A DNA stretch of 64,000 nucleotides from Octopus vulgaris (Eukaryota): assembly GCA_951406725.2 (NCBI GenBank), contig OX597820.1:73098001-73162000 (forward strand). Direction: 5' to 3'. The position numbers and the translations under genes are program-made. Within the stretch, counting starts at the first letter, position 1, and every line of letters starts with the position of its first letter. Under the pieces are notes generated by a model. That model ran no database searches, was not told the DNA's origin, and worked only from the letters and a program-made list of their open reading frames with translations. This document shows, in pieces, positions 63,794-64,000 of the stretch.

Positions 63794-64000
63794 GAAGGCA
63801 GCGAGCTGGCAGAATCGTTTGCATGCCAGGCAAAACGCTTAGCGACATTTCATCCGTCCTCACGTTCTGAGTTCAAATTCTGCCGAAATCGGCTTAGCCT
63901 TTTATTCTTTCGGATAGATAAAATAAGTACCAGTTAAACATTGGGGTCGATGTTATCGACTTACTCCTTCACACGAACTTGCTAGCGTTATGCTAAGAAA
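63794..64000 (+). mobile_element. MetaSINE-like SINE
   Basis: Head AAGGCAGCGAGCTGGCAGAATCGTT, B box GAGTTCAAATTC, family body. Confidence 0.75.

Overview
AT-rich, microsatellite-dense eukaryotic nuclear DNA that is almost entirely repeat-derived. The SINE families and the AAT/AC/AT/AG microsatellite mix point to an octopus (coleoid cephalopod) genome; this is an inference from recalled families, not a search. I find no confidently supported host protein-coding gene, and nearly all long ORFs in the track are microsatellite artefacts. Retroelements: many tRNA-derived SINEs (MetaSINE-like, CORE-like and tRNA-Arg-headed families), a 5S rRNA-headed SINE family, decayed R4/Dong, L1/Tx1, HERO/NeSL, RTE and CR1-like LINE fragments, a decayed Gypsy pol, and Penelope-type minimal hammerhead motifs. 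DNA elements: a non-autonomous Helitron and several MITEs (hAT, mariner, Tigger, foldback), some nested. Best leads: (i) a ~470-bp terminally redundant unit at 42.5-43.05 kb made of nested hairpins; (ii) a tRNA-headed, hammerhead-bearing short element with an inverted partner at 63 kb; (iii) SINE multimers sharing one exact junction at several loci; (iv) the 5S-headed SINE found in (AAT)n tracts; (v) a bipartite RTE 5'UTR + 3'-end element.
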